64,000 bases of DNA from Hemiscyllium ocellatum (GCF_020745735.1 NC_083430.1:26402909-26466908); one strand, 5' to 3'. Numbered from the stretch's first letter, positions 1 through 12,118 are shown. Program-made: numbers and translations. The notes: generated by a model not told the origin, from the letters alone.

Positions 1-149
1 CTGATCATTGATGCAAGGAGTTCTCAGTGCTGCTCTACATGCGCAAATGTGACCCATTCCTCACTCCTGCATCAGGGCAATCACCGAAGCACCTTTCTGC
101 TTTGAGCCATGTTCACTGGAATATGATTTACAATCCTCTAGTTAAAAGG

Positions 150-445
150 GAAAAAAATGAACCCTTATCCTGATGACCATCTTTGTGTGTAGCTGTGTGT
201 AGACTCTCAGTACACAAACACCATGCTGAGTTTCTAATTTAGCGTTACAAAGAATAGGTCTTGCCACATTGCTGTGCAACTCTCCAAGTACTTGGACTGT
301 TCCATACCTCCTGGTTCTCATGGAGATGTTTATGCAGAAAAGCACCTTTGACCCCAGGACCCATCAGGCAGTGGTCAGCATGTACTATTCTCAACTATTC
401 TCAAGACCTTATGAAAAAATGAGATGGTAGATGCTATTGATGATT
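150..445 (+). mobile_element. Decayed Tx1/L1-clade LINE fragment
   Basis: Visible nucleotide similarity to the Tx1-like fragment at ~40040-40370 (ccatctttgtgtgt..ctgtgtgtagactctcagtacacaaacacc; cacctttgac..ccatcagg..gtggtcagca). Confidence 0.6.
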
Positions 446-464
446 ACCTGAGGAGACTACCAAA

Positions 465-710
465 GGTGGAGCAAATTACTGCAGATGCTGGAGTCTATGC
501 TGCAAATAAAATAAAAAGGTGGAAATCACGGTGGATCAATCAGGCAGTCATGGAGAGAGAACAAGCTAACATTTTAATTCTAGGTGACTGTTCATCATGA
601 TGAAGAGTCTCTGGTGGACTGTCATCTAGATTTGAAACATTAGCTTGCTCTTTCTTCATGAATGCTGCCTAACCCGCTGTGATTTCCAACAATTTTTGTT
701 TTCAGCCTGC
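465..710. mobile_element. Penelope-derived short fold-back element (decayed)
   Basis: Inverted arms (ctgcagatgctgga...caggcag / atgctgcctaacccgctg...ttccaac) around a degenerate tgatgaag..gaaacatt core. Same family pattern as other copies in the window. Confidence 0.55.
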
Positions 711-2714
711 CAAGGGCATTTGGCAGAGTGTCTCATTGCTAGAACTTACAAACAAGCCCCAAGGTGTGAAATGCTGCATTGGCCCAATCAGGTGAGGGCA
801 GAAGATTTCTTTCCCGAAAGGATATTAGTGAATCAATTGATAGAACTTGTGCAATTGTTATGTCTTCAAATTAATGGTCCTACCCTCTGAATTACCACAT
901 CAGGAACATAATCACCATGCTACCACACACCATTTTACTCAGCAGAAATTAGGTCTTGTATTGTGAGCTATGGATTTACTTTGCAGTAAATGTATAGGTT
1001 GTAACTTAGAGGGGATATTAGTAGATCAGTCAACCAGTTGAATTACCTTAAATGGTACAATCTACTTTTTTTGAAAGGTTGAATGACCGATAATTGTTAG
1101 TATATAACTGTTCTGAACAAGCTAACTGCTGGTAGAGACAAGAAAAGTTTCAAGTGACAAGCAACAAAAATCTCCTGCACAACAAAATTAGACAGTTAAA
1201 CACAAAGCACTGCTTTTCTGAATTCTGAAGTAAAAACAGTGCTACAGAAACTCTTCCTCTGGAGTCATATTGGGCTTAAATTTTAACTGTGTTTCTCTCA
1301 CTACAGATGCTGGCAGTCCTGCTGAGTTTCTCTATCTTTTTCTGAAATGAGATTTTAAGTTGGAAAAATGGTTCAATTCAACCCATAGCCTGAAACACTG
1401 CGAGTCCAAAATAAAAAGTGAAAACTCCCTTCCTCTCCTGAAGACGTTCCTTGTGTGACATGAGAGTGAACGGTGTTAGGACGGTTCTGAATTGGGTGGA
1501 GACAAGACATTGTGGAGCATTGGATCCTTCGGGATGAATGGTCTGTTTCTGTGCTTGTTTCGATGGTTCTCCAGACTACCACAACCCACCCCCAACTCCT
1601 GGGTCGGGTTGGAGACGTCAGTTCCTGTGTGTTGTTTTAGACAGTCTCGTTCTCCAGCTCTCAGAAGCTGGCTGCTGATCCAAGTCCTCCGCACGAAACC
1701 ACAGTTCTCTCCTGAAACCAACTCTCAGCGAGTTCCATCAAATAAGGTACAACATTCAGAGGCTAGAAAGGGGAGGTGGAACCTCCACACCGAGCAATGC
1801 TGTGGTTCACTTCGCGATGTGTTACTAAGTGAAGTTCGCTCTTGTTGCTTGTAGATGGAGGAGGATTGTGGTTCTAATTTCCAAATGTTGATTAATGCTG
1901 AGTAAAAATGTAACCAGGCGTTTTCAGCTGAATGTTCAGATTTAACATTGCGGCGGGCGGTGGGAATATTTATTTTAAATCAAAGCAGAACAATCCGTCG
2001 ACCGAATTCCTGAAGTGGTACCAATTGTTTTGAAATGTTATTAAGCGATAGTCGGTGTGGGGGTTTGTTTTCCCAAATCGACTCTGATTCCTCGCTGTTA
2101 GAACTTGAAGTTGGACCCGAGACTGTCCAGTGCCTGTTCAGTGGTTTTGGTGGTTCAGAATATTATTCCCAGCCTGAACAGGCGAGAGTGTGCTTCTGAA
2201 TCGGGGTAAATTACATGCGATCAAAATTTGAAATAATTGATTTCCAACTACAACGGTGCTCTCTGTTACTATAATTTGTCGATTCCGCTTCGTCCATTCG
2301 TTTGCGATCTTTATTCTGTGGTCGAGTGCAAAATGAACGATTTTTAAAATGGCCCCGGCGTTCGATAAACAACCCAGGGTGTTGCTATTTCTGTCCTAGA
2401 ATACCTTGGTAACTGTCCGAGCAGCTGCGAGAGCCACATGACGGACGGATGGCCTCCCAGAAATGAGAGCTCATTGAAATGACATACCCTTGTTTCACCT
2501 TCAGCCGGTCAGGACGTTAGGCTAATAACTGTCCACTGTTAATCTTGCGGACAGATGTGAATAGAAGAAAGTTTAAATGTATTTGGGATTATGAAGTGGA
2601 GCAATTTATAACATAGAAACATTTCTAACATTAGGCTTTTTTAAAAAACAAAACTCTGCTATGGGTGCAGTGTGGCGTGAACGTATCTTCACCCGGCTCC
2701 AACTTTTTAAATAA

Positions 2715-2930
2715 AAGCAAAATACTCCAGAAGCTGGAAATCGGAATCAAACATAGAAATTGCTGGAAAATCTCAGCAGGTCAGGCAGCATCTTGTAGAG
2801 AGACACCATTAACGTGTGCAAATTGTTCTGAACAATTTTGGACGAGATTCGAAATGTTAAGTCCATTTCTCTCCCTATAGCTGCTGCCTGACCCGCTGAG
2901 TTCCTCCAGCACTTCAGTGTCTGTTCCAAC
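2715..2930. mobile_element. Penelope-derived short fold-back element
   Basis: Inverted arms tgctggaaaatctcagcaggtcaggcagc / gctgcctgacccgctgagttcctccagca. Confidence 0.6.
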
Positions 2931-3177
2931 TTTTTTTTAGAAGTTGTAGAAATATGACATTTCCCTGGCTCAGCCTGTTTTATTCAGGTCAGGATTAATG
3001 TAGTTTGCAAGCACTGGGCTGATGTCTCTCTGTGTTGAAGTGCTGAGATTCCTGAAGTGCAGATTAGGGCGCGGGGAAAAATGAACCTTTTCAAGGGAAA
3101 AGTGGAACTTTCCATTGTCGCATCCATCAGAGAGCAAGCTATAGAATGTGGGTCTCGCCGAGAATGAGGTGTATTCC

Positions 3178-3305
3178 AAGCTGAGGGTCACTGGATCCAA
3201 AACGGTAACTAATGACTTTCCGCAGATGCTGCCAGACCTGCTGAGCTTTTTCAGCAATAACTGTTTTTGTCCGACTTTCAGCATCTGCAGTTCTTTCGGG
3301 TATTT
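3178..3305 (+). mobile_element. Penelope-derived 3'-end fragment
   Basis: gggtcactggatccaaaacggtaac...gatgctgccagacctgctgagcttttt; same family as 6955-7155. Confidence 0.55.
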
Positions 3306-3407
3306 TTCTGAGGTAGTATTTTATTTCCCTTTAGGTCCCAGTCATTTTCCATTCGACTGATTAATCGATTCCTTGACCCACCTGTTGTGTATGTCCCGAA
3401 AGTAAAT

Positions 3408-3510
3408 TCTTGTGGTGCAGTGGTAGTGTCTCCCCCTCTGAGTCAGCAAACCCAGGCTCGGGTCCCCCCGCACCGCTGCAATAACATCTTTGAACAGATT
3501 CCTGAGAAAT
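3408..3510 (+). mobile_element. tRNA-derived SINE fragment
   Basis: A-box-like tggtgcagtggtagtgtc head and ataacatct..aacag body. Related copies at ~25350-25430 and ~54870-54975. Confidence 0.5.
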
Positions 3511-6284
3511 ATCCACATCATAGGTCGCTAGATCCCAGGACACCTGACGCTTGATTCACACGTCTGTCTATGACACTCACGTACCAGTTTAGAATGCAGT
3601 ACAATACTAAACCGAGCGACAAATATAAATGAAACACTGGGTTTTATTAACGCACTAGCAAGACTTTGTGAATATTTGTCTTTTGTTGTTTATTTTTAAA
3701 ATGATTGAAATGCGTTTAAGGTTTCGGTTTTTTAAAAACTCGAACTAAACATGGAAACCGCTCCGACCTCCGGGTGGAACTCGGTGCATTTCCGAGGAAG
3801 GGGCTGCTCTGGGAGCTGTGTCCCTGCTGTTCCTTCCATATTCGCGCATTTCGCTTGACGACATGTGAATATTTATAGGGTTGGCTGGAATGAAATGCGC
3901 CCTCTTGGTATTTTTACTCTTCTATTTTAATCAGGACCCATAGAAAACCAGCGTGGTCAGCTTTATAAAGGATCCGGCCTGAAAGGTAGCATCCTTTAAA
4001 AACAACACAAAAGCAAATCTTAACTTCCACTTTTCCACTGCGTTCTTATGGGATATTTTGTTAACCAACCTGTGAGCTGGAATAATATACATCATATGGC
4101 CTATCATGGCACTATTTCTCCTGGAGAAATTTTCAACTGCTCTCACTCAAATCAGGTCTTCCTTACTATATACACTTGTTAATTCTACATTAACTCGCTC
4201 GGGTTAATTCCGCTCTCCAATCACCTGTAGCACGTTTTAGAGATTTGGCTAACTCGCCAAGGTTGAATTTTGGGTTTCCAACCTCAAAAATAGATCTGTC
4301 TTTGAGGGGATCTCGCAGATTCAGAAACCAGGGTGATGTATGTGCATAGCTAACCTTGCGAACAGATGTGATTGAGAGCAAGTTCAAATACGTTTAGAAG
4401 GATGAAGTGGAGCGAACTTTAATATAGAAACATTTCCGACATAAGACTTTAAAAAAAGCTCTGCTTTGGGTACAGTGTAGTGTGAATGTAACTTTTCACT
4501 AACCTCCAACTTTTTAAATAAAAACAAAATATTGCGGATTTTGGAAAACTGGAGGGGATCAGGCTTAGAGATCGCTTGATGGGATACTGCATTTTCAGGC
4601 TTCGGGATCGCTTTTTTCGAGTCGACCATGGGATATAGGATTTTTCTACTATAAATGTTAGAATAATTTATAATTGTCTTTTTAACAGCAGTTTTGTTGA
4701 TTAATTACAAATAAATAACAGACCAGAAAGTGAATACGCCCCATTTCTATCATCGAAGCAGGAGGTTTCTATGGTCTCTCTATTCAGTATTTCCAATATT
4801 TTGTTTCTACTGTTTCAACTAGAATTCTAGTACAGTTTGTAATTATTGTTTGTGTGAATGTTCTCGACATTTTCGAATTGATTTAAATTGAAATAATGTT
4901 CAAGATTAAACATTTTCTGTAAAACTTCCTAATATATTGCAAAACGAAATTATGAGCAAGGCCAACATTTATTGCCAGCTCTGCATTTTTTGAACTGCTG
5001 GAATCTTTGGGGTGTCAGGAGACATGCAATACTGTTAGAATTGGAATACCATGGTTTTGACTTAACTACAGTAAAGAACCCCTAGTATTATTCCAAGCCA
5101 GGATGGTATGTGACTTGGATTGGAACTTGCAGTTGCTGGTGTTCCCATATATATCTGCTGCCCTTTATCCCTCTTGGTGATAGGGTTTGGGGTTTGGAAT
5201 GTGCATTTGGTAAAAGCATTGGTGAGTTACTGTTGCTCTGGATTTTGCCCATCTCCTTAGTCATTCTAACATTGTTGCAATAACAAGATCATTCTTTGGC
5301 TTCAATATTCATATACATTAACTATATTGCTAAAATGAGGAAGGGTTGAAAACCAGAGGGGGCAAAGCAGGAGTTGATCCTTTCAGGCATTTCAATGGAG
5401 AAACACCTGCAAATGGGAATCTAATTGTAAATGATTTGAACCTTGTGAAAGATGGCTCATCAACTTGGTTTGGGTTACCACAGAACTTTGCAGACAAAAG
5501 CCATTTCTAATCAAGCAAAGCAAACTGTACAAAGGTTCACAGTTCAGCCAGTCACCTAGGTACAATGGAGGCTGTGATCCAAAGGGTTCATTCTTCCTAT
5601 AAGCATTAATTGTCACTCAGAGGAGAAATTGTAAGGGAATAGATCTGAAGTCTGGACAAGACTGAGAGAGAGCTTGTAACAAATGTATACTACTATAAAT
5701 TATTTATGAGTACTTTGCAAAACAGTTCAAGTGAGACATTACAGAAAATACAATAAAAATATCACATTTCTTATGTAAGCTTTGCAGCCTTAGATGCCTC
5801 CATCCAAAAGCAAAATTAGAACATTTACTAAACATAACAAGGATCTATTTATATTCCAAGACAAGCTGTGAGAATTCTATATGTTAACAGAACTTCAGGA
5901 TATCAGGATAGAGCAGTCAAATGTAAGTATCAATAGTTTCCTTTGTATTGCAATTTTGCCATCTTCAATTCAGGTTGAATGCAACAGTTAGATCACTAGA
6001 TTGTCATGGGCAGGGGTGAGCACTGCATTTTACTGCTGACTGAAAATTCAGGCCTTTTGCTAGTCTATGGTTATCATCAATAATTTCTCTGCTCTCCAAC
6101 ATTTTGGCAAACTACATTCAAATTAAGGATTTAGTGAGCTAACCTAAAAGAAATCATAAACTTGAAATCATGTAGATGGTGCATAATCTTTGTTCTTAAA
6201 GTTAATTTACTTTAAAAAGGTGTCAATGAAGAAAATTCTTCCAAGTCAAAAATCTTGTCAATCAAGTAGAATGTAATAGTACAG

Positions 6285-8165
6285 AATGTACTGTGGATGG
6301 GGGTCTTCACTATCCATCACCTAGACTGCCATGGTACCATCCTCACCAGTGTACCTGTCACTGAGGCATGTGTCCATGATAATGTTGATAGGAGTGACCA
6401 CCACACAGCCTGTGGCAATGATGACCTACCTTCACATGGAGAATACCCTTGACTCTGTTGTGTGGCAGTGGTCACTGCACTAAATGAGAGAGATTTTGAA
6501 CAGATTTAGAACTGAAAAGTAAGCATGCATGTGATGCTTTCAGCTATGAGCACCAGCAGAATTACATTTAACTCTCCTCTGCAACCTCATTGTCTGGCAT
6601 ATCCCACCCTTTACTATTACTGGGGTGGGGAATCTCTATTTCAATATAGTGCAAGAGGACAAGCCAGGAGCAGCACCATGGATATCAAAAAATGAGGTAT
6701 GAATCATGTGAAGCTACAACATTGGACTACTTACATGTCAAGCATGATAAGTAGCATGATAGACTGAGCATGGATCAGCTCCAAACTCTGCAGTCCTGTC
6801 ACATCCAGCCATGACTTATGGTGAACAATTAAGCAGATAACTAAGAGGAGAAGGCTCCAGAATTATGCTTGTTCTTGATGTGGGTGGGGGGGGGGTCCAG
6901 AACAATACAGAAGCATTTGCGACCATCTTCTGTAAGAGGAGCCCAGTAATGATCCAAGTCAAAACCAAAAGAACTGTAGATGATGTTAATCAGAAACAAA
7001 AACAGAAGTTGCTGGAAAAGCTCAGCAGGTCTGGCAGCATTTGTGAAGAGAAATCAAAGCTAATATTTGGGTCCGGGGTTCTGAGGAAGGGTTGCCAGAC
7101 CCAAAACATTAACTTTGATTTCTCTTCGCAGATGCTGCTAGACCTGCTGAGCAATGATCCAAGTTGGATTCATAGAGATTCCCAGCATCACAGATGCCAG
7201 TCTTCAGCCAATTCGATTCACTTCACATGGTATCAAATTGGGGTTCATGGTATTTGGTACTTCAAAGTCCATGCAGTCTAACAATATGCCAGCAATAGTA
7301 CTGAAGATTAGTGCACTAGAATTATCCATGGCCCAGTACTGTTACAACACCAGCACCCACTTGACAACAGAAAAAAAATTCCTAGGGTACTTCTTGTGAC
7401 CAAAAAACAGGACAAATCCAAGCCAGCGAATTACTGGCACACCAGCCTACAGTTAGATTAGATTAGATTAGGGGTTACAACTAGTGCTTTCAAGTGGCAT
7501 TTAGTAAATAACATTACACCAAAGCTGGTCAACTCCTGACCTCATTACTGTCTTGCTACAAACAAGAACGAAGGGCTGAAGTGAAAGTGACTACTATTGA
7601 CATAAAGACAACATTTGACTAGGGCCCCCCACACAACTGAAGTCTATGAACATCAGGAAAAAATACTCCTCCAGTTGGTGTCATATCTTACACAAAGGAA
7701 GATGATTGTGTTTGTTAGAGAACATTTGTCTCAGCTTTGGACCAGGTGTTGTTCAAGGCAATGTCCTTGAAAAAATCATTTTCAGCTGCTTCCTCAATGA
7801 CCTTCCTCCATCTTAAGTTCTGAAGTGGGGATCATTGCTGCTGATTGTGCAATGTTCAGCATAATTCATGATTTCTGATTTATTGAAGTAGTCAATGTTG
7901 ATAAGCAGCAAGATATAGACAATTGTGAGGCTTTGATTGATAAGTGGCAAATAATACAAGTAGCAGAAAATGAGCATTTCTAAAACAAGAGAATCTAACC
8001 AATTCTCCTGACATACAATGGCATTATCATCATAGAATCCTCCATTATCAACAACTTGAGAGACATCATTAACCAGGAACTGAACTGGACCAGTTATATA
8101 AGCATTGACTACAACATCAGATTAGAGGCCAGGAATTCTGAAGTGAATAATTCACCTTGTGATTC
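6285..8165 (+). mobile_element. Old, heavily decayed CR1/L2-group LINE (endonuclease to RT), interrupted by younger insertions
   Basis: Remnants of endonuclease SDH motif (ggagtgaccaccac ~6391), RT GVxQG (ggtgttgttcaaggc ~7745) and FADD-like (gctgctgattgt ~7837). It appears to continue at ~9815-10400. Confidence 0.55.
6955..7155. mobile_element. Penelope-derived fold-back element with degenerate hammerhead core
   Basis: Arms ctcagcaggtctggcagcat / atgctgctagacctgctgag; centre ctgaggaagggt..acccaaaacatt. Confidence 0.6.
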
Positions 8166-8213
8166 CCCAAAGCCTGTTGTTGTGGTTCTGTTCGCCTAGC
8201 TGGGAATTTGTGT

Positions 8214-8254
8214 TGCAGACATTTCGTCCCCTGTCTAGGTGACATCCTCAGTGC
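8214..8254 (-). ncRNA. Minimal type I hammerhead ribozyme motif (PLE-associated)
   Basis: Minus strand reads GCA-CUGAGGA-U-GUCACCU agac AGGGGAC-GAAA-U-GUC-UGC, giving the core boxes plus stems I and II. Confidence 0.65.
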
Positions 8255-8706
8255 TTAGGGGCCTCCTGTGATGTTTCCTCCGGCATTTATAGTGGTTTGT
8301 ACCTGCCGCTTCCAGTTGTCAGTTCCAGCTGTCCGCTGCAGTGTCCGGTATATTGGGTCCAGGTCGATGTGCTTATTGATTGAATCTGTAGATGAGTGCC
8401 ATGCCTCTAGGAATTTCCTGGCTGTTCTCTGTTTGGCTTGTCCTATAATAGTAGTGTTGTCCCAGTCGAACTCATGTTCCTTGTCATCTGAGTGCGTGGC
8501 TACTAAGGATAGCTGGTCATGTCATTTCGTGCACCTCCTAGAGGCATGGCACTCATCCACAGATTCAGTCAATAAGCACATCGACCTGGACCCAATATAC
8601 CGGCCACTGCAGCGGACAGCTGGAACTGACAACCGGAAGTGGCAGGTACAAATCACTATAAATGCCAGAGGAAACATAACAGAAGTGCTTCACAGGAGGC
8701 TCCCAA

Positions 8707-8747
8707 GCACTGAAGATGTCACCTAGACAGGGGACGAAACATCTGCA
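8707..8747 (+). ncRNA. Minimal type I hammerhead ribozyme motif (PLE-associated)
   Basis: GCA-CUGAAGA-U-GUCACCU agac AGGGGAC-GAAA-C-AUC-UGC. Confidence 0.65.
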
Positions 8748-8873
8748 ACACAAATTCCCAGCTCGGCAAACAGAACCACAACAACGAGCACCCGAGCTAC
8801 AAATCTTCTCCCAAACTTTGAACCCCAAAGCCTGTCAACCATCAACAAAACATAAGACAGAGCTGTAATGGAA

Positions 8874-9805
8874 TAGAGAGTCATAGAGATGTACAACACA
8901 GGAGGAGACCCTTCGGTCCAACTTGTCCAGGCCGACCAGATATCCCAATCTAATCAAGTCCCATTTGCCAGCACTTAGCCTATATCCCTCTAAACCTTTC
9001 CTATTCATACACCCTTTTGAATGTTGCAGTTGTGCCAGCCTCCACCATTTCCTCTGGCAGCTCATTCCATTCACACACCACCCTCTGTGTGAAAATGTTG
9101 CCACTTAGGTCTCTTTTATATCTTTCTCCTCATACCCTAATCCAATGCCCTCTTGTTCTGGATTCCCACACCCCAGGAAAAAGACTTTGTCTATTTATCC
9201 TATCCATGCCCTTCATGATTTTATAAACCTCTAAGGTCACCCTTCAGCTTCCAATGCTCCAGGGAAAACAGCCCCAGCCTATTCGGCCTTACCCTACACC
9301 TCAAATTCTCCAACCCTGGCAATATCCTTGTAAATATTTTCTGAACCCTTTCAAGATTCACAGCATCCTTCCGATAGGGAATTGCACGTAAAATTCCAAA
9401 AGTGACCTAACCAACATCATGTACAGCTGCAACATGACCTCCCAACTCCTATACTCAATGCCCTGACCAATAAAAGAAACCATGTTGTTGGTTCCAAAGT
9501 GTACAATGACCACCTGCTGGTCCCTCTCCCCTTTGAGAACATACTCCACCCTTTTTGAAACATCCTTGATCCTGGCATCAGGGAGGCAGCTGCTGGCCGC
9601 AGAAAAGTCTGTTTGTGCCTCTGACTAGAGAGTCCCCTAACACAATTGATCACATGGAACCCAATGTGCCCCTCATTACATTACAGCCTGTCATGATACC
9701 AGACACTTGGCTGTTCATGCTACATTCCCCTCAGAATCCATTAACCCTTACATTTTCCAAAACAGCATACTTGTTGGAGAGGGGGATAGCCACAGAAGAC
9801 TCCTG
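8874..9805 (-). mobile_element. CR1 (HER1-like) LINE, internally deleted: ORF1 esterase fragment joined to ORF2 3' end and tail
   Basis: 9481-9805 encodes SGNH-esterase-like ...VLKGERDQQVVIVHFGTNN. 8874-9480 encodes IEYRSWEVMLQLY...VQF and the CR1 3' tail (ctctatgactct). Confidence 0.75.
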
Positions 9806-10404
9806 CAATATTCTCCACATAACTAGATGAATGCAGCTCCAGTATTACTCAAGAGCTCAACCACACCAAGGACAAAGCATCCTAATTGATTGGCAGCCAT
9901 CCACCATATTCAAAATTTGCTGCTCCAGCATCAATGTGCATTGTCATTTATCAGATAAAGTACAGCAACTCCAAAGATGTGCAGGTTATGTAGATTGACA
10001 ATGCTAAATTCCCCTGTAGTGACCAGAAATGTGCAAGCTAGGTGGATTAGCCATGATAAAATTCAAGGTTATGGGAATAGGATTGGGAAGCTCGGTCTGG
10101 GCGGGATAGTCTTCAGAGGATCAGTGCAGACATGATGGGACAAATGACCTTTTTCTGCACTGTAGAGATTTTACAATATGATATAACTCACAAAGGCTCA
10201 ACTGACACCTTCCAAACACATGACTTCAACTATGTAGGAGGACCAGGACAACAGAAGCTAAAGAGTATCACCACTGTACATTTTCCTTCAAACCACATAC
10301 CATCTGGACTTGCAAATATAACACCATTCCTGCACATTTGTTGGTTCAAAATCCTGGTATTCCCTTCCTAAAAGCATTGGATGTAACTACTCCCCCATAG
10401 ACTA

Positions 10405-10765
10405 GAGCAGAGAGTCATAGAGATGTACAGCATGGAAATAGACCCTTCGGTCCAACTTGTTCATGCTGACCACATATCCTAACCTAATGTAGTCCCATTT
10501 ATCAGCACTTGGCCCATATCCCTCTAAACGCTTACTATTCACGTACCCGTCCAGATGCCTTTTAAATGCTGTAATTGTACCAGCTTCCCCTGGCAGCTCA
10601 TTCCATACATGCATTCCCCTGTGTAAAAAGGTTACCTTTTAGGACCTTTTTACATCTTTCCCCTCTCATCCTAAACTTATGCCCTCTAGTTCTGGACTAC
10701 CCCACCCCAGGGCAAAGACCTTGTCTATTTATCCTATCCAGGCCCCTCATGATTTTATAAACCCC
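10405..10765 (-). mobile_element. CR1 LINE 3' end
   Basis: WNELP..GTITAFKRHLDGY motif and ctctatgactct tail. Confidence 0.8.
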
Positions 10766-12118
10766 TAAGTTCAAGAAGGCAGCTCACCACTTCCTTCTCA
10801 AGGGAAATTAGGGATGGGCAAGAAATGCTGACCAAGTCAGTAACGCCCTGTCCTGTGAACAAATATAAAAAGTGAGAACATCAACAAATTTTCCCACTTA
10901 AATGTTCCAAATCTGTATCACCTAAAAAGTAGTAGTCAAAATCCACAAATCGCTTTCTTATGAGGGATCACAGGTGCTGGAGTAGTTAATCTCAAAATAG
11001 CAATCTTTTAATAGAAGAACAGCAGCTGAGCCTGCCAGGCCCATGACATCAAACTCTCAATAGTGATTAAAAGAAATCTGAAACTCTTAGTGTAAATTTT
11101 GGAATATTTTACATTCGGCTTTTTAACATTAATTTTGCTAAACTTTTATAAGTTAGATACAGACCAAAAAGTGTATTCACCCCATTTATATTGTCCAAGC
11201 AGAATGTTCCTGTGGTCCTTCTATTGTTCAGCCAATTGCTTCTTCAGTACTTCCAATACATTACTTCAGCTTTTTCATGTAGAATTCCCATTACAATTTG
11301 TGATTATCGTTTGTTTAAACTTTGCCCAGCATTTGAAATTAATTTAGATTGAAATAATTTAAGATTCAACATTTTCTGGACCACTTCCCTATCTAATATA
11401 TTTTTTAAAAGATTGTCAGAGTTGCTTCTTTGAAGGTGCTAAAGTCCAAACTTCTCACTTTTCCTCACAACTCATACATTTAACACCAAAGATTTACTTT
11501 ATGCCTTAAACATTATTTCTAGCTGCCTCAATGGCTAGATTGTATACAATATTTAGGATGTGGTATATCAAGATGAGTAATTTGTGTTTATATTTTTACT
11601 GTTCTTGATTAAACATTTGGTGACTTCTAGTTGGTCAATATAAATGTAGCCGATAGCTAACTTCATATTAATAATGCCATGGTAAATACCTTGTTAGCAA
11701 ATGTTGATTTGGTCTGTCTACAGCAATTGAGTAACTACTACATAGTGCAACCAAACACAAACTGACTGATAAGGTATTTTACAATAAACAAAGGTGAACA
11801 AAATGTATTGCAAGAGAAGTTATGAATCTTCATGTTTTTCAGAATTCATTATCAAAAAGATGTGGTCCTTTTTGTATGTATAGAAATTTGTGGAACTGTA
11901 GAGCTAAATTTTAGCTACTCAAGTATCCAAGTGTGTAATTCCAAAATCTAATAAAATCTTAATTTTGATTAGCAGGGATTTCAAATCAGAAAAAAAAACA
12001 AGACGACTAGTTTACACTAAGTTATTTTCAAGCTTTTGTTATAGGTATTAGGATTATGAAATAATGAACATTGTTACATTTCTACTTTTTAGATTGGGTT
12101 GTGTCTATAAAACACACA

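Larger units (their letters stand above)
8178..8822. mobile_element. Penelope-like element (Poseidon-type 3' end) with long inverted arms
   Basis: 13-bp TSD CCCCAAAGCCTGT (8165-8177 and 8823-8835). About 235-bp inverted arms. Encodes GIY-YIG C-terminal peptide LEAWHSSTDSVNKHIDLDPIY. Confidence 0.8.

Noticed and set aside
1492-1854. 120-aa plus-strand ORF
   Set aside because: No recognisable domain or homology. Only its central part has exon-like boundaries, reported separately as a non-coding candidate.
3070-3115. NF-kB/IRF-like words (gggaaaagtggaactttcc; also aaaagtgaaac at ~1415)
   Set aside because: Short motifs expected by chance, with no supporting immune gene in the window.
12071-12118. 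N-terminal extension [16 protein letters not shown] in the ORF track
   Set aside because: It starts at a TTG upstream of the splice acceptor at 12092. Family homology begins at MAPKKK (ATG 12119).
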